A stretch of DNA of 64,000 bases, taken from assembly GCA_031288175.1 (NCBI GenBank), contig JAITRW010000024.1, positions 5,913 through 69,912 on the forward strand. The letters run 5' to 3'. Position 1 is the stretch's first letter. Each line of letters starts with the position of its first letter. The DNA is from Tannerellaceae bacterium (GTDB lineage Bacteria; Bacteroidota; Bacteroidia; Bacteroidales; Tannerellaceae). Made by a program: the position numbers and the translations under genes. Under the pieces are notes generated by a model that worked only from the letters and a program-made list of their open reading frames with translations, had not been told where the DNA came from and ran no database searches. Below are positions 48,655 through 59,042 of the stretch, one piece after another.

Positions 48655-50091
48655 ATGACTTCCGACGATTCCCTTAAAAATGATATTTCTCCTGCTGATT
48701 ATAAGTATGGCTTCGTATCCGATATTGACACGGATGCTATTGACAAAGGCCTCTCCGAACAAACGGTTCGACTTATTTCCGCTCGTAAAGAGGAACCCAC
48801 CTGGCTCCTTGATTTTCGCCTCGAAGCTTTTCGACATTGGAAAAATCTCTCCCATCCGGTTTGGCCGCACCTTAATATCCCTCCTATTGATTTTCAAAAT
48901 ATTATTTATTACGCAGCCCCTCGTATTCCTTCCGATTCCGCACAATATGATCCCGATATCCTCAAAACCTTTGACAGGCTTGGCGTACCTCTTCATGAAA
49001 GAACTTCTCTGAATACCACAGCCGTCGATGCAGTATTGGATAGTGTCTCCGTAAAAACTACTTTTCAGCAACAGCTGGCTCAACGGGGTATCATTTTTTC
49101 TTCTTTCTCCGAGGCCGTACGCAATCATCCCGACCTTGTTCGCCAATATTTGGGATCTGTGGTTTCCTTCCGTGATAATTTCTACGCAGCTCTCAACGCA
49201 GCCGTCTTTTCGGATGGCTCTTTTGTCTATATTCCTCCCGGCGTTCGATGCCCGATGGAACTGAGTACTTATTTTCGTATCAATGCCGCTAATACCGGAC
49301 AGTTTGAACGTACGCTCATCATTGCCGATAATGATGCCTATGTCAGTTACCTTGAAGGATGCACCGCACCTCAACGACTCCATAACCAGCTCCATGCCGC
49401 CATTGTCGAAATCATTGCCCTTGATAACGCACAAGTCAAATATTCTACCGTTCAAAATTGGTTTCCGGGAGATCAGCAAGGACAGGGCGGTATCTTTAAT
49501 TTCGTCACTAAACGTGGCTTGTGTAAAGGCGTTGCCAGCAAAATCTCTTGGACACAAGTCGAAACGGGTTCTGCCATTACTTGGAAATACCCCTCTTGCA
49601 TCCTCGACGGTGACAATTCCGTAGGTGAATTTTATTCCGTGGCTCTCACCAATAATCATCAGCAGGCGGACACCGGTACAAAAATGATTCACCTTGGCAA
49701 AAACACTCGCAGTACCATTGTCTCTAAAGGTATTTCTGCCGGTTCCAGTCAAAATTCTTACCGCGGCCTCGTTTACATGGCCCCTAATGCCCACAATGCG
49801 CGTAACCATACCCGTTGCGATAGTCTTTTAATAGGACAACGTTGCGGTGCTCATACCTTCCCTAAAATTGATGTCCGTAACAGTTCCGCCATCGTCGAAC
49901 ACGAAGCTACTACCTCTAAAATCGCCGATGACCAACTTTTCTATTGCCGACAAAGGGGCATCCCACCGGAACACGCCACAGCTCTCATCGTCAACGGCTA
50001 TGCTCGCGATGTATTGAACAAACTCCCCTTCGAATTTGCTTCTGAAGCTCAACAACTCCTTGCCCTTTCTCTTGAAGGTAAACTAATCTAA
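48655..50091 (+). CDS. sufB: Fe-S cluster assembly protein SufB
   Basis: 478 aa with SufB-like sequence throughout (e.g. [51 protein letters not shown]). No sufC or sufD follows. Confidence 0.92.
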   Translation: MTSDDSLKNDISPADYKYGFVSDIDTDAIDKGLSEQTVRLISARKEEPTWLLDFRLEAFRHWKNLSHPVWPHLNIPPIDFQNIIYYAAPRIPSDSAQYDPDILKTFDRLGVPLHERTSLNTTAVDAVLDSVSVKTTFQQQLAQRGIIFSSFSEAVRNHPDLVRQYLGSVVSFRDNFYAALNAAVFSDGSFVYIPPGVRCPMELSTYFRINAANTGQFERTLIIADNDAYVSYLEGCTAPQRLHNQLHAAIVEIIALDNAQVKYSTVQNWFPGDQQGQGGIFNFVTKRGLCKGVASKISWTQVETGSAITWKYPSCILDGDNSVGEFYSVALTNNHQQADTGTKMIHLGKNTRSTIVSKGISAGSSQNSYRGLVYMAPNAHNARNHTRCDSLLIGQRCGAHTFPKIDVRNSSAIVEHEATTSKIADDQLFYCRQRGIPPEHATALIVNGYARDVLNKLPFEFASEAQQLLALSLEGKLI

Positions 50092-50092
50092 C

Positions 50093-50719
50093 CTAATATC
50101 CCCCGCCAACCGTGCTTACGCTTGGTGTGTAATTCGCATTCAGCAAACTGATTATCTCCCCTGTGATGTTTTCTACTCCTTCTGATAGGAGTATATTATC
50201 CCCGTTCGTATTACTCAGTATAAGCTGAAATCTCTTCTCCTTATTATATACCCTTAATTGCGACACTATCGTATCTCTTAACGTCTTGCTCATACGCTCC
50301 TGTTCGGCTATCAATTCAGCCGTAGTCCGTTCACGCAACGCCTCAATGTCCTGCTGTTTTCTTAATATTCGTTGCTCCTCCTGATGAGCGCGCTCCCGCG
50401 ATAAAAACACGTTGTTAGATACTTTTCGTTGAAAATCCGTCGCATCCTCTTCCAATTCCTGCATTTTCCGCGATAAGTTCAGACGTGCGTTTTCATGGTT
50501 GCGCATCTGTATATCCGATAAATCACGCGCATAATGGTAGTTCTCCAGCAAGGAATCCACATTCACGAACGCCACAGGTAGCACCTTGCTCCCATGCGGA
50601 TCAATACCCTCTTCCAACGGGGTGCCGACCCCTCTCTCTTCCTTTGTACACTGCATTGCAAACAATACGACGATGGCAACTCCCAATATCCCTTCTATTG
50701 TGTAATGAATATGCTTCAT
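50093..50719 (-). CDS. OmpH/Skp-family periplasmic chaperone
   Basis: 208 aa. N-terminal anchor or signal, then a long charged coiled-coil typical of OmpH. A minus-strand TAgcTTTG box lies at 50743..50750. Confidence 0.78.
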   Translation of the reverse strand: MKHIHYTIEGILGVAIVVLFAMQCTKEERGVGTPLEEGIDPHGSKVLPVAFVNVDSLLENYHYARDLSDIQMRNHENARLNLSRKMQELEEDATDFQRKVSNNVFLSRERAHQEEQRILRKQQDIEALRERTTAELIAEQERMSKTLRDTIVSQLRVYNKEKRFQLILSNTNGDNILLSEGVENITGEIISLLNANYTPSVSTVGGGY

Positions 50720-50877
50720 TTTTTCCTGCCTTTTTTCTTTTGCAAAGCTACTTTTCTTTGAACGATTTCTGCTCTACTTTTTCTTGCTTATATGTTTTTC
50801 AACATGATATAACTTTTGTTCGTCCAAGTAGTAATTTTTATTTTTGACCCTTGTTATTTACTTAAATCAATAATGTT

Positions 50878-53852
50878 ATGGTACAATCAGTTAGAACTAA
50901 GACAGTGCTTTTCGCTATTCTCGTAGCCTCTCTACACGTTTTACCCCCCCCATAGACGCCGAAATAAACAGCCCCCTAAGGTCCCTGACACAGCAACCGG
51001 AGACTGTTGCAGGGACCGTCCTCGATCAATCCGGACTGCCCATTATCGGGGCTAATATCCTAATTATCGGTACAACGACAGGTACCATCACCGACTTCGA
51101 TGGACGCTTTGAACTTTCCGTATTGCGGGGTGAGCGTTTGCAAGTATCCTACATCGGTTTCCTCACTCAAGAAGTGGACGTAAACGCCTCCGCTTTGAAC
51201 ATTGTCTTACTCGAAGACAGCAAGTTATTGACCGAAGTTGTCGTCGTCGGGTACGGTACCATGCAAAAAAAACAGGTCACCTCCTCCATCTCCTCCCTCT
51301 CTGCTCAAGACTTGACGATCGGTGTCGGAGGGGCTTCTATTGTCAATGCGTTGCAGGGTAAAGTAAGCGGCCTGGTTATGTCCGGTAGCGGCAGCCCCAA
51401 CTCCACCAACACTCTCCAGCTCCGGGGCATGGCCTCCGTCAATACTTCCCGCTCCCCTCTCGTTGTCATCGACGGTATGCCCGGAGGGGATATTCGTTCC
51501 GTCGTGCAGGAAGACATTGAATCCATCAACGTCCTCAAAGACGCCTCTGCCGGCGCCATCTACGGTACACGCGCTACCGGCGGCGTCATCCTCATCACCA
51601 CCAAGAAGGCGAAGGAAGGCGATATGCAAGTTTCTTACACCGGTGAAGTCCTGGCCAAACAAGCCTTCGGCAAACCCGATCTGCTCTCCGCAGAGGAGTA
51701 CATCAAACACAAACTCAACAATAAACCCGATGACCCCAAAAATTACCACCACCCTACCGACTGGTGGGACGAAGCCCTCAACGACAACCCCACCTCCCAG
51801 CGACATGTCCTCACCCTCCAAGGCGGTAGCCCCAATGCGCGCATCTATACCACGCTTATGTATGAAAACAATCGCGGCGTGCTCGTTGGTGACGAACGTA
51901 CGGACTACGGCGGACGTATCAATGGCCACTTCAAAGTACTTGACGGATGGCTTGATGTTCTCACCCACGTAGACTTCCGCCAGGCCAAACGCGACCAGGC
52001 CAAACCTTCCGTCACCCAGCTCCTCAACAACAACCCCACCCGCTCTCCTTATGATCCACAAAGTCCTACCGGTTTCAATATCTGGACTTCCGAGCTGGAC
52101 GACTACAACACCATCGCCGATGCCAAACAGACTACCGACGAAGGTATTGACAAATGGTTCCGCCCCGACGTAGAACTTAAACTCAACATCCTCCCCATCG
52201 AAGGACTGACTTTTCATCAGACCTTTGCTTACGAAAACCGTCAGTGGGAGCATCACTTTTACCGCCCCATGTCCGCCCGTGAAGAAATCTCTAACGGACG
52301 GCAGGGAACAGCTACCCTTGAGTTCAGCAAAACAGAGCTCCTCAATTCCGACGGCTACTTCTCCTTTATAAAGGACTACGGCCTTCATTCCCTTAACGCC
52401 ACGTTCGGGTACAGTTACTTTGAGCAGAACGGCGAGGGTTTCAAAGTGACAAATTTCAATTTTGCCAACGACCTTGTCAGGTTTTGGGATATCGGTAAAG
52501 GTACCTACCTCGGCGAGGGTAAAGCCGAAATGTCTTCCTCCAAGGAAATCACACAGCGCCTCGTCGCCGGTTTCGCACGTGCCAGCTATTCCTTCAATGA
52601 CACCTATATGGCCACCGTCTCCTACCGTCGCGAAGGCTCTTCCAAGTTCGCCGTCGACAACCGCTGGGGTAATTTTTACTCCCTCTCCGTCGGCTGGAGG
52701 CTCTCCAAGGAAGACTTCCTGAAAGAGATCGAGTGGGTCAACGACCTCAAGCTTCGACTCGGTTATGGCGTCACCGGCAATGAAGGTTTCAGTGCCGACT
52801 ATGCCGCCACCATGTACGGTTCCGACACTTACTGGCTTCTGCCAAACGGGCAGTGGGCTTACTCCTATGGCGTTACAAAAAACATCAACTACGATCTCGG
52901 CTGGGAAGAAAAGCACGAATGGAATGCAGGTCTTGACTATTCCCTCTTCCACAACCGTCTCTACGGTAAGTTTGACCTCTATCAGCGTAACGTCGAAGGA
53001 CTTATCTACGAAGTCAACGTCCCACAGCCTCCCTACACCGAAAGTAAGATGTTCAAAAACATCGGTACACTCGAAAACAGGGGTTGGGAGTTTGAGATCG
53101 GTGCCGACCTTGTCCGTACCAAAGACTGGCAATACAGTACCTCCCTCAACCTCGCCCATAATGCCACCACCGTCGGTTCACTGGGACAGGCTAATACCTT
53201 TTACAATGACGAAAAGGGACTGCTTCAAGCCGGACATGCTCATCGTCTGGAAGAAAATGTTACGGTCGGTTCCTTTCATATTTTCAAGTTCGCCGACTTT
53301 GACGACAATGGTGACTTTTTGCTCTACAATAAAGCAGGCGAAGTCATTAATGCAAAAGACTATAAGGAGGAAGACCGTCAATACATCGGTAACTACATGC
53401 CTGTCCTCATGGCTGGGTGGACCCATAGCCTGATTTGGAAGAACTGGTCTTTTGGTATGACCCTCACCTCCTGGATTGACTTCGATATATACAATACCCT
53501 GAATATGTATTATGGCCTGCCCTCAGGTTCTTTCAATGTCCTCAAAGACGCTTACGGCAAGAATGCCCATATTAAGGGGCAAAAGGTAGCCTGCGACTAT
53601 TTCCTCGAAGACGGCACTTTCCTCAAGATTCAAAACGTCTCCCTTGGCTATTCCCTGGATACCAGGAAATATCTCAAAGTCGTTGACAAACTGCGTCTCT
53701 ACCTCTCCGTCAACAACTTGGCCACCTTCTCCGGCTACTCCGGCCTTAACCCAGAAGTGAATATAACGGGCTGGGATCAGGGCCTTGAACGCTACGAGGA
53801 TATCTATCCCCAGACGCGTACTTGGACACTCGGTATGCAGTTAAACTTTTAA
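50878..53852 (+). pseudogene. susC: SusC/RagA-family TonB-dependent outer-membrane receptor with its reading frame interrupted at a C8 tract
   Basis: ATG at 50878 encodes the signal peptide MVQSVRTKTVLFAILVASLHVLPPP, then a stop. In the adjacent frame the sequence continues IDAEINSP...VAGTVLDQSGLPIIGANILIIGTTTGTITDFDGRFEL (CarboxypepD_reg-like domain) into track ORF 51123..53852 (plug, barrel, terminal ...GMQLNF). Nine or six Cs would give one ORF. Confidence 0.85.
50944..50951 (+). repeat. C8 homopolymer at the susC frameshift point
   Basis: Read directly: ttaccccccccatag. Confidence 0.95.
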
Positions 53853-53863
53853 TCCTTACAACT

Positions 53864-55582
53864 ATGATACACAATACAATCAAAATAAAGTCCGGTTTTT
53901 TAGCACTCACACTTGCTTTCCTGGGGGGGTGCTCCGTCGAACCCTCTTATTACTCGCAACTTGACCCGCAGCGTTTCTTTCAAGGCCAGGATCAGGTATA
54001 TCAACGTTTTTATAGGCCTTTTACTCATTGGGCATGGGCTCTTTCCGACCTTGGGCCTCGCAGCCCTTTGTATTTCCTACAGGAATTTACGACTGACGAA
54101 CTTTGTCTACCCGCACGAGGCAAAGACTGGTATGATGACGGCGCCTTTGTTCGTCCTTACTTTCATACCTTCACGCCCCTTTTGACGGGGCTTAACGATG
54201 CTTGGCGCGCTTTTTCCATGGGTATCGCCCAGGCATGGAGCGCCCTTGAAGACATTGAACGGCACGTAGACTTCGACGCACTCGGTTTCCCTGAGGGAAC
54301 TAGGGAAAGTATGCGTATGCAGCTCCAGACGCTCGTGGCTTCCTACTACCTCATCGCCTTAGACCATTTCGGCGGTGTGCCCCTCTACGCTTCCAACCAG
54401 GAAGAGGCCAAACCCCGCGCTTCCGACAAAGAGACTTTCGAGTTCATCGAAGCCCTACTCCTGGAAGCCATCCCCAACCTGCCCCTCAAAACCGAACTCG
54501 GTACCCTGGAAAACGGTAGTATCCACCGGGCTACCGGTGCCATGTTGCTGGCACGTCTTTATTTCAATGCCGGTGCCTATATCGGCGAAGATCGCTTTGA
54601 CGACTGTGCTGCTATTTGCCACGACATCCTCGACGGCAAGCACGGTAGCTATGCCTTGGCCGACGATTGGACGGACATCTTCGGTTTCTCTAACGAAACC
54701 TGCCCTGAAATTCTATGGTCTATCCCTTCCGAAAACGCACGGCGCGAAATCAAGGGTGGTTGCTATCATTATTCTACACATTATAACACCCGTATTTTCC
54801 TCTCCAATCCCGAGCTTACTTCCTATAATGGCTTCTGCCTCACCCCCTCCCTTGACAAAGACGGTAACTCCTACCGCGACCGCATGAAGCTCGGATGCCC
54901 CTTCGCCAAGTTTGAAGACACCGATATTCGGAAACAGCTCTACGTCTACGAAGGCAACGGCAAATATCGCGGTATGTTTCTCATGGGTAAACTCGTTAAC
55001 CCGCTCACCGGCGAAGCTTGTACCGCAGACGGGAGCCGTGAATATCTTGCAGGGGATACTATTTCCATGGTCGACCAAATAGCCTATCTCTCCCAAGAGG
55101 GCAATGAACGCAAGGAAGGGGTTCTCTATGCCGAAGAAAATTCAGGCATTCGCCTCTTCAAATTCTCCCCCGTGCCGACGGCTGCCGACAAGAATCTCTG
55201 GCACAACCCCGACGTCCCTGTCATTCGCCTGACAGAAGTCTACTACACCCTGGCGGAGTGTGAGTTCCGCGCCGGAAACAAGGCGGAAGCGGCAAGCCTC
55301 ATCAATCAGGTACGGGCACGTTATTTGCCCGACGGCGATCCTAATCCTGTGACGGCCGGTAATCTTGATGAATACCGTATGCTTGATGAGTGGATGATTG
55401 AGTTCCTCGGTGAAGGACGGCGACGTACCGACCTCATCCGGTGGAACAAATATACTACCGAGCCTTGGTTTGACCGCTTCGTAGAACATCCTCCCCTAAA
55501 TAATCCGAATTACAACCGTTTCCCCATCCCTGACGAAGCTATCGGTGCCAATAATTTGATAGTACAGAATCCGGGCTATTAA
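53864..55582 (+). CDS. susD: SusD/RagB-family nutrient-binding outer-membrane lipoprotein
   Basis: Start at MIHNTIKIKSGFLALTLAFLGGC (lipobox), 12 nt after susC. C-terminal RagB/SusD hallmarks VIRLTEVYYTLAECEFRAG and EFLGEGRRRTDLIRW. Confidence 0.88.
   Translation: MIHNTIKIKSGFLALTLAFLGGCSVEPSYYSQLDPQRFFQGQDQVYQRFYRPFTHWAWALSDLGPRSPLYFLQEFTTDELCLPARGKDWYDDGAFVRPYFHTFTPLLTGLNDAWRAFSMGIAQAWSALEDIERHVDFDALGFPEGTRESMRMQLQTLVASYYLIALDHFGGVPLYASNQEEAKPRASDKETFEFIEALLLEAIPNLPLKTELGTLENGSIHRATGAMLLARLYFNAGAYIGEDRFDDCAAICHDILDGKHGSYALADDWTDIFGFSNETCPEILWSIPSENARREIKGGCYHYSTHYNTRIFLSNPELTSYNGFCLTPSLDKDGNSYRDRMKLGCPFAKFEDTDIRKQLYVYEGNGKYRGMFLMGKLVNPLTGEACTADGSREYLAGDTISMVDQIAYLSQEGNERKEGVLYAEENSGIRLFKFSPVPTAADKNLWHNPDVPVIRLTEVYYTLAECEFRAGNKAEAASLINQVRARYLPDGDPNPVTAGNLDEYRMLDEWMIEFLGEGRRRTDLIRWNKYTTEPWFDRFVEHPPLNNPNYNRFPIPDEAIGANNLIVQNPGY
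53923..53929 (+). repeat. G7 homopolymer in the SusD lipobox codons (in frame)
   Basis: Read directly: ttcctgggggggtgc, encoding F-L-G-G-C. Confidence 0.95.
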
Positions 55583-55584
55583 CA

Positions 55585-56634
55585 CTACATTTCTCTGTAA
55601 GCAGGCTCAAGCGTCGTACGGCTGAATGGTAAACAGCTGCAGGCGCTTGAGTTTTTTAGTGCCTCTTCGGTGTAGAGCAAATAGCCGTTGAGGGCGACCA
55701 TGGCGCCGTTGTCGGTACTCAAATCACGTTCGGGGATATATACCTTCCAGCCTTCATGTTGCCCTTTTTCGCGGAGGCGGAGGCGGAGGGTTTCGTTGGC
55801 CGATACCCCTCCCGCAAGTGCGACACGGGGTATTCTGGTAGTGTCAACAGCGGCCGCCACTTTCTTAAGGAGAATCTCAATAATTGTATGCTCCAGGGAA
55901 GCGCAAAGATCCGCGATACGGGGCTGTATCAGATGAGTATCCCCGCCGAACGCGTCTCTGAGCGTATACAGAAATGAGGTCTTAAGACCGCTAAAACTGA
56001 AATCATACCCCGAAACATTTGGGCGGGCAAACCTGAACGCCATAGGATCCCCCTTTTCGGCAAGTTTCGACACACAGGGCCCCCCGGGATATGGCAACCC
56101 GATGGCTTTCGCGCATTTATCGAACGCTTCTCCTGCCGCATCGTCAAGCGTTTGTCCTATTATATGCATCTCCGTGGGAGATCGTACCTGTATTATAAGT
56201 GTGTTCCCTCCTGACACAAGTAGGCACAGGTATGGGAACTCCGGCGGTGCATACTCTTGCCCTTTTACTTCAATGAAGTGGACAAGCACATGGGCATGTA
56301 GGTGGTTCACTGCAATCAACGGACGATTCAGAGACAACGATAACCCTTTTGCGAACGAAGTACCCACCAAAAGGGATCCGCTAAGACCCGGTCCGAACGT
56401 CACGGCGATGCCCGAAAGCTCTTTTCCGCAGATCCCTGCTACACATAGTGCCTCCCTTACCACAGGTACAATCTTCTGCTGATGTCCGCGTGCCGCCAGC
56501 TCAGGTACTACCCCGCCATATTTACTGTGTATCTCTTGACTATAGGTCACGTTTGAGAGTAATACCCCGTCCTGCAACACACCCGCAGAGGTGTCGTCGC
56601 ACGATGTCTCTATCCCTAAAATCGTCACGCTCAT
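55585..56634 (-). CDS. tsaD: tRNA N6-adenosine threonylcarbamoyltransferase TsaD
   Basis: ILGIETSCDDTS, HQQKI, GPGLSGSLLVG, AVNHLHAH, GGVSAN. Confidence 0.94.
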   Translation of the reverse strand: MSVTILGIETSCDDTSAGVLQDGVLLSNVTYSQEIHSKYGGVVPELAARGHQQKIVPVVREALCVAGICGKELSGIAVTFGPGLSGSLLVGTSFAKGLSLSLNRPLIAVNHLHAHVLVHFIEVKGQEYAPPEFPYLCLLVSGGNTLIIQVRSPTEMHIIGQTLDDAAGEAFDKCAKAIGLPYPGGPCVSKLAEKGDPMAFRFARPNVSGYDFSFSGLKTSFLYTLRDAFGGDTHLIQPRIADLCASLEHTIIEILLKKVAAAVDTTRIPRVALAGGVSANETLRLRLREKGQHEGWKVYIPERDLSTDNGAMVALNGYLLYTEEALKNSSACSCLPFSRTTLEPAYREM

Positions 56635-56640
56635 ACTCTC

Positions 56641-57432
56641 TCACCTAACTAGTTGGAGGAATATATACGCAGCCGGTATAGCCATCAGGCTACTGTCAAA
56701 ACGATCTAGGAAACCCCCATGTCCCGGTAGACTATGTCCCGAATCTTTCACCGACAGTGTTCGTTTCAGCAACGATTCTACCAAATCCCCGAAAGTCGAC
56801 GACACTACGATACACAAACTGAAACCCACCCATTCAATACTCGAAAGCTCTGTGTGAAATCGCGATAAAACCTGCGATACGACCATAGCCCCTGTGAAGC
56901 CTCCCCAGAAACCTTCCCACGACTTTTTCGGGGATACGCTCTCAAAAAATTTATGTCGGCCTATTTGTGATCCTACCAAATACGCGGCCGTATCATTAAC
57001 CCACACCGTCACGAAGATCGCCATCACTTCCCAGCTCCCCGAAAAAAAGCTCAGTAACGAAAGGCTACCTCCGCAATATACCTGGCCGAAGACGGTCAGA
57101 GACCATTTCCGTAAGGGATCTATAGAACGACGGAAAAGTTCCGCTATCAATATATACATCAGGAAGAAAATGTACGGAAGGAAGCAGTTCTCTCCCCACC
57201 ATTGGTGAACCCATCCATACACAGCTATATACAGGTACGACGCTCCTCCTGCTTGGAGGCCTCGTTCAAGAAAAGAAGCAGGATGGCGATCCAATTTGAG
57301 CAACTCCCACACCAGCACCGCGGGGAATAAGGCGAAAATGAGCCCCGCAGCTGTACACGGAAGGTAGATACCCGCAAGTATCACGCCGATGAAAAGACTG
57401 CCCGTAAAGGCCCTCAAAACAAGTTGCTTCAT
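56641..57432 (-). CDS. cdsA: phosphatidate cytidylyltransferase
   Basis: Multi-TM protein. The C-terminal signature SLLKRTLSVKDSGHSLPGHGGFLDRFDS. Confidence 0.88.
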   Translation of the reverse strand: MKQLVLRAFTGSLFIGVILAGIYLPCTAAGLIFALFPAVLVWELLKLDRHPASFLERGLQAGGASYLYIAVYGWVHQWWGENCFLPYIFFLMYILIAELFRRSIDPLRKWSLTVFGQVYCGGSLSLLSFFSGSWEVMAIFVTVWVNDTAAYLVGSQIGRHKFFESVSPKKSWEGFWGGFTGAMVVSQVLSRFHTELSSIEWVGFSLCIVVSSTFGDLVESLLKRTLSVKDSGHSLPGHGGFLDRFDSSLMAIPAAYIFLQLVR

Positions 57433-57439
57433 AAGTGCT

Positions 57440-58393
57440 TCAGCTGATGTAAGTTTCCAAGAGTTTGGTTACGGGGGAAGGAGTGATGCTGATCTTTGAG
57501 GTAACGGCAGGAACGAGTAGCGTTTGTCCCTGTTTCAGGAGAATCTCCTCTTTCCTGTCATTCCGGACTAAGGCGGCTCCTGCTATACAGATATATATCC
57601 GAAACGAGCCTTCGGTACGACGAAGGACGGTATGCTTGCCCGCTAAAAGGTTGGTAGTGAAATAAGAACAGTGGACGAGGGGAATGACATGCTCGACCGG
57701 CGGTGTATAATGGGTGCGGTAGTCAGGAAGGAAAGAAAAGTCAATAGCATCTTTGGCAAGCTCGGTATGGAGTTCGCGGGGATGTCCATCAGGGCTTTTT
57801 CTATCGTAATCATAGATGCGGTAGGTGAGATTGCCGGTTTGCTGAATCTCAGCCATAAAGCAACCTGCACCGATAGCGTGGATACGCCCCGCAGGGAGGA
57901 AAAACACATCTCCTTCGGTCACTTCGTACCGTTGTAGCACCTCGGTGAGTTTCTTTTCGTTGACCAGCCTAAGATACTCCTCCGGCCCCACAGGGCGGGA
58001 AAAACCTGTATAGACGGCAGCCCCCTTGTCGGCTTTGACTACGTACCACATCTCCGTTTTCCCAAATCCCCCATGACGGTGACGGGCAAGCCGGTCGTTA
58101 GGATGCACTTGTATGGAAAGATCCTCACGAGCATCTATGAACTTGATAAGCAGTGGAAAACGGCCTCCCTGTAAACGGCCTTCCCCCGTTAGCTCTTCCC
58201 CGTACAGCCGGATAAGTTCATCCATCGTCTTTCCGCGATCATTACCCAAGGCAACCACCGAACAGTCGCCTTCTACGTGGGATACTTCCCAGCTTTCGCC
58301 TATCCCTTCCTCAGGGAGATCAAGGCCTTTGAACAGACCGATGGCTTTCCCTCCCCAGATCAGCTTCTTGTATATCGGTTCAAATACGTACAT
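57440..58393 (-). CDS. manA: class I mannose-6-phosphate isomerase
   Basis: IWGG, ESWEVS, LLIKFIDAREDLSIQVHPND, HAIGAG cupin motifs. Confidence 0.87.
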   Translation of the reverse strand: MYVFEPIYKKLIWGGKAIGLFKGLDLPEEGIGESWEVSHVEGDCSVVALGNDRGKTMDELIRLYGEELTGEGRLQGGRFPLLIKFIDAREDLSIQVHPNDRLARHRHGGFGKTEMWYVVKADKGAAVYTGFSRPVGPEEYLRLVNEKKLTEVLQRYEVTEGDVFFLPAGRIHAIGAGCFMAEIQQTGNLTYRIYDYDRKSPDGHPRELHTELAKDAIDFSFLPDYRTHYTPPVEHVIPLVHCSYFTTNLLAGKHTVLRRTEGSFRIYICIAGAALVRNDRKEEILLKQGQTLLVPAVTSKISITPSPVTKLLETYIS

Positions 58394-59042
58394 CAGGATC
58401 TAAATTCAAATGGTGGGTGATCAAAGAGCCTTCATAGACAGGCTTGTGTGATACGAGGACGATGGCCGAACAACGGCTCAGGATTTCTACAAGGCTATGG
58501 AAACGTCCTTCGAACGACTTGTCCAAGTGGCTCTCCGGTTCATCTAAAATAAGTAATTGGGGAGAGGAGACGATAGCGCGCCCCAGCAACGCCCGTTGTA
58601 ATTGGCCTCCCGACAGTTCCCCCACAGGACTGTCGGCAGCTTCTTGCATACCGATAAGGGATAGTACTTCTTCCACTCGCTTTTTTTGCCCTTGCAGGAA
58701 TCCCCATCGGGGTTTCTCGGCAATTAGCCCTGAAAAGATAACTTCCCTGACTGAAATAGGAAACTTCCTGTCTATGGCGTGCACCTGAGGAAGGTAGCCT
58801 ATACGGATGCGCTCTCCCGTGCCTTCCCCGTAACGGCGGATACAACCTCTCATTGGGGCAAGCAGACCTGACAACACCTTGACCAATGTCGTCTTGCCTC
58901 CCCCGTTAGGACCTGTGATGAGCACAAAGTCTCTTTCTCCAACTTGTAAGGAGATATCCCGCAGGACGATTTTCCCGTTGTATCCTGCAGACACTTGTTC
59001 AAGCTCAATCCAAGTTCTCACCGGCAAAAATGCGAGCGACAC
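58380..59042 (-). CDS. znuC: metal (Zn/Mn) ABC transporter ATP-binding protein
   Basis: GPNGGGKTT, LSGGQLQR, ILDEPESHLD. Overlaps znuA by 38 nt and manA by 14 nt. Confidence 0.83.
   Translation of the reverse strand: MSLAFLPVRTWIELEQVSAGYNGKIVLRDISLQVGERDFVLITGPNGGGKTTLVKVLSGLLAPMRGCIRRYGEGTGERIRIGYLPQVHAIDRKFPISVREVIFSGLIAEKPRWGFLQGQKKRVEEVLSLIGMQEAADSPVGELSGGQLQRALLGRAIVSSPQLLILDEPESHLDKSFEGRFHSLVEILSRCSAIVLVSHKPVYEGSLITHHLNLDPDVRI

Noticed and set aside
51225-53159. A 644-aa ORF on the minus strand. Similar long antisense ORFs lie at 48634..49809, 12825..13712, 4066..4989, 3116..3997 and 1055..1777.
   Set aside because: Each lies exactly antisense to, or out of frame with, a confidently identified gene (susC, sufB, porin, thiD, lysC/ftsE, prs). 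Their translations are low-complexity (Gly/Val/Asp- or Arg/His/Pro-rich) with no recognisable motifs. They are explained by the strong C/G third-position bias that removes stop codons from alternative frames.
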